Below are positions 1 to 8,808 of a stretch of DNA of 64,000 nucleotides, piece after piece. Position numbers and translations under genes: made by a program. This DNA is from Candidatus Multivorans sp. (GTDB lineage: Bacteria > Acidobacteriota > Thermoanaerobaculia > Multivoradales > Multivoraceae). Each line of letters begins with the position of its first letter. Position 1 is the stretch's first letter. The stretch covers positions 4,608,001-4,672,000 of the forward strand of contig OZ245033.1 of assembly GCA_965224025.1 (NCBI GenBank). Reading direction: 5' to 3'. Below the pieces are notes generated by a model, which did not search any database, was not told the origin of the DNA, and was given only the letters and a program-made list of their open reading frames with translations.

Positions 1-1
1 A

Positions 2-580
2 ACCCTGGACCGGGCCTCGAAACAGATGGCGGAAGACCGTGAGAAGGCGGCCCAGGAGCGCGAGCAAGCGGCCCGGGAGATGGCCCGACTGCGCGCCTCC
101 ATGGCGGAGACCGACCGGCAGATGAAGGAGACCGACCGGCGACTCAAGAAGGCCGAGGACCTGTTCACCTCACAGTGGGGCAAGCTGATGGAAAGCCTCG
201 TTGAAGGCGACCTCGTGCCTCTGCTGCGGGAACGCGGCATCGCCGTGGACGGAACAACCGAGAGATCCCTCAGGAAGCGCAACGGCGACCACTTCGAAGT
301 CGACATCCTGGCAGTGAACGGGGCCGAAGTCGTGGCCGTCGAGGTCAAAACGACGCTCCGACCCAACGACGTGAGTCGCTTCCTGGAGAAGCTCTCCCGG
401 TTCGGCGAGTGGTTCCCCGAGTACCGCGACCGTCGGGTTTACGGGGCGGTGGCGTACCTGAAGAGCGACAGCTCGTTAGCGGTTCACGCGGAGCGTCAAG
501 GGCTGTTCGTCATCAGGGCCACCGGCAACAGCGCCAGCATCGTGAACGCGCCGGACTTCGAACCGCGGGCGTTCTCGTGA
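2..580 (+). CDS. Coiled-coil + PD-(D/E)XK nuclease-fold protein (DUF3782-like), probably 5'-truncated by the window edge
   Basis: Frame is open from base 2 (TLDRASKQM...). Heptad repeats ETDRQMK/ETDRRLK precede WGKLMESLV and EVDIL...AVEVKT, a D...ExK motif. Confidence 0.75.
   Translation, partial: TLDRASKQMAEDREKAAQEREQAAREMARLRASMAETDRQMKETDRRLKKAEDLFTSQWGKLMESLVEGDLVPLLRERGIAVDGTTERSLRKRNGDHFEVDILAVNGAEVVAVEVKTTLRPNDVSRFLEKLSRFGEWFPEYRDRRVYGAVAYLKSDSSLAVHAERQGLFVIRATGNSASIVNAPDFEPRAFS
38..148 (+). repeat. Two pairs of imperfect 21-bp coding tandem repeats (heptad units)
   Basis: 38-58/59-79 encode REKAAQE/REQAARE; 107-127/128-148 are gagaccgaccggcagatgaag/gagaccgaccggcgactcaag. Confidence 0.7.
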
Positions 581-678
581 CGGTGGTCAAGAGCTCCTGA
601 CCGCGGATCTCGCTCGACGCACGGATGCGGGCTCGGGGATCCCGTCTTCCTCGACTGGCACGCAAGTACTCCCCGGCC

Positions 679-2283
679 TCAGGCACCCAGGTCCCTGCGG
701 ACCGCTTGGTCGACGCGGGAGTCGATCCGTTCCCCGGCCAAGGACACCAAGAAGCGGTCCCGGTCGACCCGTGTGACGACCTTGGGCTCACCCTCGAAGT
801 CGATGTGAGCCGATCCGCCCTCGATCCTGAAATGGTATCTGCCCCTCCCCAAACTCACGGTTGTTCGGATGCAGTTCCACTTCAGGCCCCGCGCAAGCCG
901 CACGGCGGCCTTCTCAGTCTTGACATCCCACTGGGCCGGATCGCCGAACAACTCCCGTAGCGGCCGTACCCGAGGCGGCGCTTCGCCAAGGTCGAACCCG
1001 GACTCGTCGAGCTGGTGCACCAGGGCGGCCATTCGATGTGTGACGGCTTCCCGCAGTTCCGGCCTTCCCCGCAGGTCGAGCGGCAGCTTCAACCAACCGT
1101 CGCGCACTCCGAACAGGATGGCGGCGGCCAAGCGGTCGCGCTCCTCGAGTTGAGGGTAGTCCCCGATCAACTCGAGCAGGGCCGAACTCCGCTGGCGCAG
1201 GAAGAACAGAATCGCGGCCCGGGCCAACGGCGTCCGGTGCCGATGGAGCATCTCACTGACCGTGCCACCTCCAAGGCCTCCTCCAAGCGATTCGAGCGTC
1301 GTGACCAGCTCAGCCGCCCTGCCCTGGAGATCACCGCCCATCCCCTCCGCGGACTCCTTGAGAACGTCGATTAGCACGTCCTCCGCTCTCCGAACCTCCG
1401 CTTCGCATCGATGTTCGACAAGAGCAGCCACGACACCCCAGAAGAGCTCCCGCCCCGTGCGGAAAGGGCCACTGCGCTTCACGGCAGTGCCGCTGCGCAT
1501 CCACTCTGACAGGGCTCCGAGAATCGAGTCGTCGGGGGGATCGAAGGTTGGATCGAAGGCAGAGCGGCAGGCGCGGACTGAGAGTTCGCCGGCGTTCGCC
1601 AGCTTCTGGAGAACAGCCATCACGCCGCCGGCGGCCTGAGCGGGCCCCAACGCCACGTCGCGCTCCGCCGGTCCGTCCCCCGGCGGCCAGGCAAACGCGC
1701 GGTCGCCAGCGAAGCGCGTCTTCACCGCTTTCTTGTTGATAGCCGCCAGCGTTACGTTCCCGCGGTCGGCAACCGCCGACGCGACTTCCTCTTGCTCGGC
1801 CTCCGAGCGAAACAGAATCCGGCGGATTCGGCTGGTCGGCAGCGGCGCCGGCACAAGGAGGAGTCGCTCGTCATCGCTGATTCCCTGCTCCAGGAACCGC
1901 TCCGCCCAATCGCCGTCGCCATGGGCCTGCGCCGGTCCCCGCAGACCCTCCAGACCGATCTCGAGGATGACCGGCCTCAGGTAGTCGGCCTCAGCCGCGG
2001 AGTGGGCAAGTGCGGCCTTGGGCGCCCGGGCCACCTTCCGGCCGCGACCGACAAACACCGGGAGCCAGCCGGGAAACGCCGCCAAAGTGTCTCCGTAGTA
2101 CTTCCCTCCGAACCCCGAAGGCGGCATGAGCAGCCCGGCAGCCAGCATGTACATCAGGTTGAGGTGGTTGGTGACCATGATGCCGGTCTTCGGTGTCGAA
2201 ACCAGCGTTCGGGGATCGGAGTTCCGTTCAACGGTGTCGCCCACCGGGAGGATCGACTGCTGACTGCTGGAAACTTCGTTCAT
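679..2283 (-). CDS. Hypothetical 534-aa protein, last gene of the DISARM-like cluster; N-terminus possibly DarT/ART-like
   Basis: Long ORF with ATGA overlap to the upstream helicase (2280-2283). VTNHLNLMYMLAAGLLMP and LLVPAPLPTSRIRRILFRSE resemble DUF4433 terminal motifs (inference). Confidence 0.75.
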   Translation of the reverse strand: MNEVSSSQQSILPVGDTVERNSDPRTLVSTPKTGIMVTNHLNLMYMLAAGLLMPPSGFGGKYYGDTLAAFPGWLPVFVGRGRKVARAPKAALAHSAAEADYLRPVILEIGLEGLRGPAQAHGDGDWAERFLEQGISDDERLLLVPAPLPTSRIRRILFRSEAEQEEVASAVADRGNVTLAAINKKAVKTRFAGDRAFAWPPGDGPAERDVALGPAQAAGGVMAVLQKLANAGELSVRACRSAFDPTFDPPDDSILGALSEWMRSGTAVKRSGPFRTGRELFWGVVAALVEHRCEAEVRRAEDVLIDVLKESAEGMGGDLQGRAAELVTTLESLGGGLGGGTVSEMLHRHRTPLARAAILFFLRQRSSALLELIGDYPQLEERDRLAAAILFGVRDGWLKLPLDLRGRPELREAVTHRMAALVHQLDESGFDLGEAPPRVRPLRELFGDPAQWDVKTEKAAVRLARGLKWNCIRTTVSLGRGRYHFRIEGGSAHIDFEGEPKVVTRVDRDRFLVSLAGERIDSRVDQAVRRDLGA

Positions 2284-3488
2284 GCGCGTTCCTCCCGGAT
2301 GGGCTCGTCGCGGGTCAGATCCTTCCGGCGAAGGATGTTCTCATCAGCCGGCAGGAACTCGTCTATCTCCTGGCCGCCGCCCTTCTTCATGAACATGACG
2401 ACTCTCTGGCGCGCCCGTGAGACCATCACGTAGAAGAGCTTCCTCTTCCTGTCCAGATCGGCGGCATCGACAAAGTGCTGGTCGATGTCGGCAAGGACCA
2501 CGGTGTCGAACTCCAGACCCTTGCACGCCTGTGCATTGATCACCAGAAGGCCGCCCTGGTCGAAGCGCACCTGTGGCCTGTGCTGGCCGTAGAAGGTCTC
2601 GACTACCGGGCGGCCGTTGTCCAGCCGGACGACCTCGCAAGCGCGCTGGAGCTCTCGAAGGTACTTCTCCCTCACCGTGTTCTTCGGCGCGATCACACCG
2701 ATCAGACGCCGGGGGTCCTGATCCCAGTGCCGCAAGATGCTCCTGGCGACCTTGGGCATCGCAGCTTCGTCCACACGGTATAGCCAAGGCACGTAGATCG
2801 TATTCACCGCGGGCGGGAGGTCGGGCGGTGGGGACGCCGGATCGCCCGTGTAGAAGGCTCGCGCCAGCCGAGCGATCGGGTACGAGTTGCGATGGTTGTA
2901 CTTCAGTTCCACGACATGGCCAACGAGAAGTTCCTCCAGATCCCGACGGCTCGAGTTCTCGTCCTTAATCTGTTGATTCTGATCGGCGACCACGAAGATG
3001 TTCTCGAACCCGAGGCTGTTCAGGGAGTCGTAGAAGCCGGGCGGCATGTCCTGGCCTTCGTCGATCACGAGCGACGGCAAACCGGGCGTTCCGTTCTCAG
3101 ACCGGGGAAGATCGTCGATCAACCGCGCTACGGCATCCCAGTCTTCCAGCCGCCAACCCTCGCCATCCGTCTCGAGCGTCGGAACGCTCTTCCCGACGAG
3201 CCGTCGAAACTCCTTCCAAAACCAACTCTTCCAGGTAACCGCCGTGAGGTCGCCGTCGAACAACGCCCGCGATGCGCGATGGAGCAGATGGTTCCAAACC
3301 AGAAACACGTAGTCGTTCTGGTTGCGCGCGTGGCGGCGGGCCCTCAGCAGGCAGACCGTCGTCTTCCACGTCCCGGGTCCGCCCACGATCAGATGTCGCC
3401 CCTCGCGTGGCAGCGCCGACACCCGCTCCTGCTCCTTCGTCAGATCTTCGATTCCCGGCAGCTCGTACCGGCGCTCTCTACCAGCCAC
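2280..3488 (-). CDS. Small superfamily-1 (UvrD-like) helicase/ATPase with aberrant Walker A
   Basis: LTKEQ Q-motif, GGPGTWKT (Walker A with W), IDEGQD, DQNQQI, NHRN, CKGLEFDTV, YVMVSRAR. Confidence 0.85.
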   Translation of the reverse strand: MAGRERRYELPGIEDLTKEQERVSALPREGRHLIVGGPGTWKTTVCLLRARRHARNQNDYVFLVWNHLLHRASRALFDGDLTAVTWKSWFWKEFRRLVGKSVPTLETDGEGWRLEDWDAVARLIDDLPRSENGTPGLPSLVIDEGQDMPPGFYDSLNSLGFENIFVVADQNQQIKDENSSRRDLEELLVGHVVELKYNHRNSYPIARLARAFYTGDPASPPPDLPPAVNTIYVPWLYRVDEAAMPKVARSILRHWDQDPRRLIGVIAPKNTVREKYLRELQRACEVVRLDNGRPVVETFYGQHRPQVRFDQGGLLVINAQACKGLEFDTVVLADIDQHFVDAADLDRKRKLFYVMVSRARQRVVMFMKKGGGQEIDEFLPADENILRRKDLTRDEPIREERA

Positions 3489-3588
3489 GGCAGATCCTCA
3501 GGACAATCCCTGACCACTCCAGACTCATGATCGACAGCATGAGTGTCCCTGACCGCCGCAGGGCGCGCGACACCCGCTTGACCGCCCT

Positions 3589-5553
3589 TCAGAAAGCATG
3601 ACGAGGACTCCCCTCGCTGCTCGCCAACTCCCACAACGACCGCAGGCTCGCCCCATCACCCTTGACGAAGACCCGGTCCAGCAGCCGGTTGCCGCAAACG
3701 CAACTCGGTTCGGGAACGAGCGCGCACGCATGGCAGGCAGCGCGGTTCAGCAGATCCGGGCCATGTCCCTCCTGTTCGGCGCAGACCGGGTCGAACGAGC
3801 ACCAGGAGGCGTCCTCGACGGCACCGGCGAGGAGCCGCAAGAACCGGTCCGGCTGCGCCATGTCCATCAGACCGCCGAGAGAGCCGTGCTCGTCCGCCAC
3901 CGCAACGTAGATCAGGAGGCCGGCCCTCGGTTCGCCGTCGCCTTGGCCGTCATCGCAGTAGATGCGTTCCTTGAGTGAAGCCGCGGGATACCCCGCCTGC
4001 GCCTCCAGACGGCGGATGATGAGATGAGCGAGGGTGTGGCAGAGAAGGAAGCGGGGCGAGATCGCCGCCTGCACTCCCCTTGGCAAGCGTGCCTCGACCG
4101 AGCGTTCGACGAAAGCCGCCGTCCGCTTGAGCGCGGCGTCCTGATGCTCCCAACGCCTCACGGCCTCCTCGCAAAGCGAGAAGAACAGGCCTTCGCCCCA
4201 GAGTTCCAGGGCCGGCAACCAGCCGCTCTCGCCGACGACGTCGGGCGGGGTCACCGGACGCCGCTCCTCACCGCTCCCCCAACCGCGGCGGAAACCATCG
4301 AAGACCATAATCTCCTTGATCCGGTGGACGGCCACTAGGCGGTCCACGGCAGCGACGATCCCCGCCCACGAACCTCCGGGATCGACATCGAGCCGCCGCC
4401 AGGCCGCCGAGTGGTGCTCGGTCACGAAGTCCTCGTCCGGCCGCAGATCGGGAATCAGCTCGGTGAGCGCGCCAAACTCCAGGTGCGCGAGATCGCCTTG
4501 CGGCAGCTCCAGGTCATGAAGCGGATACCCGCGAGCGATTCCTGCCAGCGCCGCCTCGATGTCCGCCAAAGAGCACCGGTACTTTCTCGCTAGGACCAGC
4601 AGCCGGCTCCTCCGCGCCGTCTCCGTACGCGCGGTACGGATGGAACGCTGATCGGCGGAACTGCCGTAGAGGCGATCGACGACGCTGCCGCGCCTGATCC
4701 GGGATTCGGGCGGAATGACGAGGGCTGTCCGGCACTCCGCGTAGTGGACACGAACGTCGTTCACGCCGACTAGCCAGCCTGGTTCGACCGGAGCTTCCGG
4801 TGGCGGCTCCCGAACCCAAGGCTGCTGCCGTGTGCCGGTACCAAACGGGAATCGGTGGGGAAGTCGCTGCTCGGCGCCGCAACCGCGCCGGGAACACCTC
4901 ACCCACCACCGGCCTTCCTTGCTCTCAACCCTGAGGTACGGCTCGGTCCAGTCCGGTCTGCAGTCGCGCTGTTCCGGGTTCCTGGTCGAGGCATGGGCGA
5001 TCGCATGCCACGGCGCGTCCGCGAGATAGCCGTCTTCATGAATCAGCACCCAGGGAACCTGCTCCAAGAGGCCGCCGCACCGCCTTGCCTCGGCCGCTGC
5101 CCGGCGGCCGCTGGTGCCGCCAGCCGCCGGCGCCACTCCTTTGCAATGGAGCACGTCCGGCTGACGATCAGTCAACCTGGCGTCGCCGTCGTGGCCTGCG
5201 ATCGCGCCACCTTCATTGCGGGTACGCCACGGCTTGTTGTGGAGTAGTCCGCAACGGCTGCAGCGGGCCCACTCGGGGAAAAGTCGGGCCGGAACCCACC
5301 CTTGAACGTGTTCCCCCTTCTGCTCCTTCACGGGCGGGCGACACAGCTTCGTGTCGCCCAAGCCGAACGAACGCTTCACCAGAGAAACGTACTTGAGCTC
5401 GCGCTCGTACGGACTCGTGTTCGGGCCGTCCCAGTCCCGCGTGTCCTGAACCACCATCAGCGCCTTGTCGTGACGAACGATCGCGCCTACCGAGCAGTCC
5501 CGCAGCAGGTGGGACAGCCGGATGTCGACCAAAGTCCTCTCCGGTGGTTTCAA
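3589..5553 (-). CDS. DrmB-like DUF1998 (MrfA-type Zn-binding) protein
   Basis: N-terminal IRLSHLLRDCSVGAIV; PALELWGEGLF; LCHTLAHLII; SLKERIY; GSLGGL; C-terminal CSFDPVC...ACHAC...EPSC...NRLLDR. TTG start lies 6 nt after the helicase stop. Confidence 0.88.
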   Translation of the reverse strand: MKPPERTLVDIRLSHLLRDCSVGAIVRHDKALMVVQDTRDWDGPNTSPYERELKYVSLVKRSFGLGDTKLCRPPVKEQKGEHVQGWVPARLFPEWARCSRCGLLHNKPWRTRNEGGAIAGHDGDARLTDRQPDVLHCKGVAPAAGGTSGRRAAAEARRCGGLLEQVPWVLIHEDGYLADAPWHAIAHASTRNPEQRDCRPDWTEPYLRVESKEGRWWVRCSRRGCGAEQRLPHRFPFGTGTRQQPWVREPPPEAPVEPGWLVGVNDVRVHYAECRTALVIPPESRIRRGSVVDRLYGSSADQRSIRTARTETARRSRLLVLARKYRCSLADIEAALAGIARGYPLHDLELPQGDLAHLEFGALTELIPDLRPDEDFVTEHHSAAWRRLDVDPGGSWAGIVAAVDRLVAVHRIKEIMVFDGFRRGWGSGEERRPVTPPDVVGESGWLPALELWGEGLFFSLCEEAVRRWEHQDAALKRTAAFVERSVEARLPRGVQAAISPRFLLCHTLAHLIIRRLEAQAGYPAASLKERIYCDDGQGDGEPRAGLLIYVAVADEHGSLGGLMDMAQPDRFLRLLAGAVEDASWCSFDPVCAEQEGHGPDLLNRAACHACALVPEPSCVCGNRLLDRVFVKGDGASLRSLWELASSEGSPRHAF

Positions 5554-5559
5554 CTTGCT

Positions 5560-8500
5560 CTACCTCACGCCCAACACCGCGGGACTCTCGACGTTGCGCA
5601 TCGAGTGCAGAGTCGGCCAGCGTCCTGGCGGACTCAGACCGTCCTCGAAGCCGCAGAGGAGGCGGGCGCAAGCCCTGTCACGTGCGCGGTAGTGCAGTCC
5701 CTGCGCACTCATCCGGCAGCGTTCGACCTCACCATGCCATTCCTCCAGAAGCTGGTCGATGTGCTCATCCACCTCGACCGCCTTCTCCGGACAGGCTACC
5801 CCCACGCGCCGCCTAAACTCTGCGACGACTCTACGAACTTCAGGGTGCCGCGGATCGAAGCTCCCGGCCGCCTGATTCGGCGCGAGGCCGTTGCAAGCGT
5901 GACGAAGCGCGATCACCAGGGCGGCGTGAAGCGCCCGCTTCCGTACCTGAAACGTGTACGGCGTGACGCTGCTCGGCTCCACGAAGCGGTAGAACGACTC
6001 GTGGTACGGGCGGAACGACTCGTAGTGGGAGAGGCTCCTGGCCTGGTGCCGGTAGTAGTTGGCGACGACGATGCCCGGCGCATCGGCGCGCCCGACCCGG
6101 CTCGTCGCCTGCACATACTCACCCGTGGTCAGGGGCTGGCCGTTCACGATCATCAGTGCCAGGCGAGGAATGTCGAGACCCACCGACACCATGTTCGTGG
6201 ACAGAACCGCGTCCAGGCAGCGAGCGGCACCCCGCGGTTCAGCGAGGCGTTCGAAGGTCTCAGCGATCTGCTCGGCGGTATGACGGCTCCAAAGTTGTTC
6301 CACCTGCGTTTCGCGGAAGCGGCGGCGCAACTCCGTCTCGATCGGATCCTCCTCGGCCCCCTCCGGAGCCCCTGGTTCGCCGCCATCCCGCCCGTCCGTG
6401 TACTCCGCGATCAGCCGCTCGCCAAACTCACGGACGTCCGACTGGAAGGCGTTGCTACTTGTGCCGACGCCGCGCAGGCTGCCGTGATAGACGACATTCG
6501 TCCACCACGCCTCGAACAGGTCCTCCTCGTTTACATCGCCGCGGAAGACGACAAGTGGAGCCGCGACCAGGGACGCAGCAAGCGGCGCGAAGCAGTGCTG
6601 TTGGTCCTTGAGCGGCGCCAGATAGCCAACGTAGAGCCGACCAGGGCGACTACGATCGACCTTTGCGAACCACGAATCGTCACAGGACAGGCCGGGAGGC
6701 GGGAACACGGAGACGTCCCGACCGTAGAGCGCTCGCACCTGCTCCGTCGCCATGCGGATCGTGGCGGTGGAAGCGATGTACTTCGGCTCCACTCCCCGGC
6801 AGCGAATAGCAGTCTCGATTCCCGCCTCGTAGAGGCCCGCGACCGAACCGAGTGGCCCTGAGATCAGGTGCAACTCGTCCTGGAGAACGAGATCCGGCGC
6901 GCGACGGTTTCTGCCGGCACCGAAGAAGGCGCCGGCGCGCTCCTCCCAGGCCAGACGGGCGAACTTGTCGATCGTGGCGATCAGGAGAGACGGCGGGTGC
7001 GCGTACAGCGACTCGTCGACCACGCGGCAGGGCAGGGATGGTCGCATGTGCCGAACTCGCAGTGCGGACTCCTGCAGTGGAAGCGGAAGTCCGGGTATGC
7101 CGCCTCGTAGCCACGCTCTCCGTCGAACGGCTCACGGCACCATGGACAGCGGGAGAGCAACAAACGGTTGCGAACCTTGTCGTCCACGTCGCCGGCCCGA
7201 ATCTCATCCACGATCGCAGCCGCGTCCCGGATCGTGTTAGGACAGACGCCGCTACCGACCCAGATACCGACGGTGAACGGCTCCTCGCCTAACCGCCCTT
7301 TCCCTTCCGCGTCGTTGCGGCGCAACAACTCCAGGGCGCAGATCAGCACGGCAGCCCGCTCGAACTGTTGCCTCGTCAGAAGGCGCAATGTGTAGCGCAT
7401 GAAGGCCGCCGTGCCGCCGCCCTCTTCGCCGTAGCGGAGGCGCCGCCATACGAGCAGGAACGCAATGAGACCGAGGTAAGCCTCCGTCTTGCCGCCGCCG
7501 GTCTGGAACCAGATCAGGTCGAGGACGTCCCGGTCATCGTCCCGCTCCGACACCGTCGATTCGATCGTGGCGAGCAGGAAGCCAAGCTGGAACGGCCGCC
7601 AAGACGGATCGTCTCGGTCAGGACGGTACTGGACCATCTGCCGAAGCATCGCCCGGTTCGCCAACCGAAACGCCAGCGCCGCGTCCGGCTCCGCGCTGAG
7701 CATCTCGACCCCGCGGAGCATCCGTTCATGAGCTTGCTCCATCCGGTCGCAGATTCGACGAGCAGCACCGATCTCACCGTCGGAGCCCAGCCTGCCCGCT
7801 TCTGCCCTACGGCCGCGTACCCAATCGCCGTACTCACTTACGAAGCTCCTGAGCCGCTCGATCGGCAGGTCATCCCCTGCGAGACGGACTATTCGTAGGA
7901 CATCGGCTTCGCCCCTGGGCTCCACACTGACGATCGGCGCCTCGGCCCGTGGCAGGAACTCGGACCAGATGCGCGCGGGCCTGGCTGACTTCACGCTCCA
8001 GTCCACCGCCGCCCCGTGGCCGACCGCGAAGATGCGCCGCTCGCGGTACTGAAGCTCCAGTTCCCGCTCCTCATCGGTCTGTCGACTTGGATCGACACGC
8101 GGATAGTCGACGACCTCTCCCTCTTCGACGAAGCACTCGATCCGGGCTTCGAAGAGGGATCGTTCCACGCGCGCAACCGCTCTCTCGCGAGCAACTTCGC
8201 CCATTCCCACCACTTGCTGGTTGAACAGCGTGACGGTCAGGATCGTGCCTGACCCGTGCGGCCGGGATCGGACATCCATGCCGGCACGACCGTTCCAGAT
8301 CGGTACGCGGAAGTCGTCGCCACCGAAACAGACCTCTGCCGGCTCCAGTTCCTTTCGGAGGTACGACCCTTCGAATCGTCCGCGTTCGGCACGATAGGTC
8401 GGCTGCACATAGGTGGCGGCCGACGCCTTCACTAGCAGCCGAACTTCCCCTCGCACACAGAAGGAGAAGCCAACCGACGACGGCGGCACGTACCGCCGGC

Positions 8501-8789
8501 GTCGTACCGGCACGGCCTTGCGTTCCGAGGTTCCGGGCTCGCCGTCACGCGGCGCCTCCTCCGAGTCCTCCTCTCGAAGAGGGTCGCCCGACTCACCCTC
8601 CTCGACCCAGGTGCCTGATGCCGGGTCGAAGCCCCGTTCCTCGGACAGAAGCGGATGCAGCACACCAACGGAATAGCGGTCGAGCGGCGACATGTCGATC
8701 TCGTCGCGGCCTTCTTCGCTCGGCGCGGCCGGCCCGATGAGCTGCCGCTCCAGCCAATCGACCAGCCGCTGTCTCGCTTCGACGTACAA
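5560..8789 (-). pseudogene. DrmA-like SF2 helicase split by a single-base frameshift at about 7035-7037 (real lesion or sequencing error)
   Basis: ORF 6981-8975 has FQTGGGKTEAY and MRYTLRLLTRQQFERA. ORF 5560-7047 has TIDKFA, QDELHLISGPLG, STATI, TNMVSVGLDIPRL and YVQATSRVGR. Adding one C to CATCCCTG joins them into 1076 aa from a TTG at 8789. Confidence 0.85.
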
Positions 8790-8808
8790 GAAACGACGCG
8801 ACGCCGGA

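Noticed and set aside
3525-3599. Cys-rich 24-aa mini ORF (MLSEGRSSGCRAPCGGQGHSCCRS) between drmB-like and SF1 helicase genes
   Set aside because: Too short, no recognisable family, and easily explained by chance in GC-rich DNA.
5302-6861. Long antisense and alternative-frame ORFs (e.g. 5302-6861, 9184-10584, 20696-22306, 41658-43793, 56142-57905, 59421-61601)
   Set aside because: Shadow ORFs of real genes caused by high GC3; they carry no protein motifs and show Arg/Pro/Ala-biased or antisense-typical composition.
3589-8789. Calling the cluster canonical DISARM (drmA/drmB symbols)
   Set aside because: No drmC, drmD, drmE or methylase is adjacent, so only DrmA-like and DrmB-like are supported.
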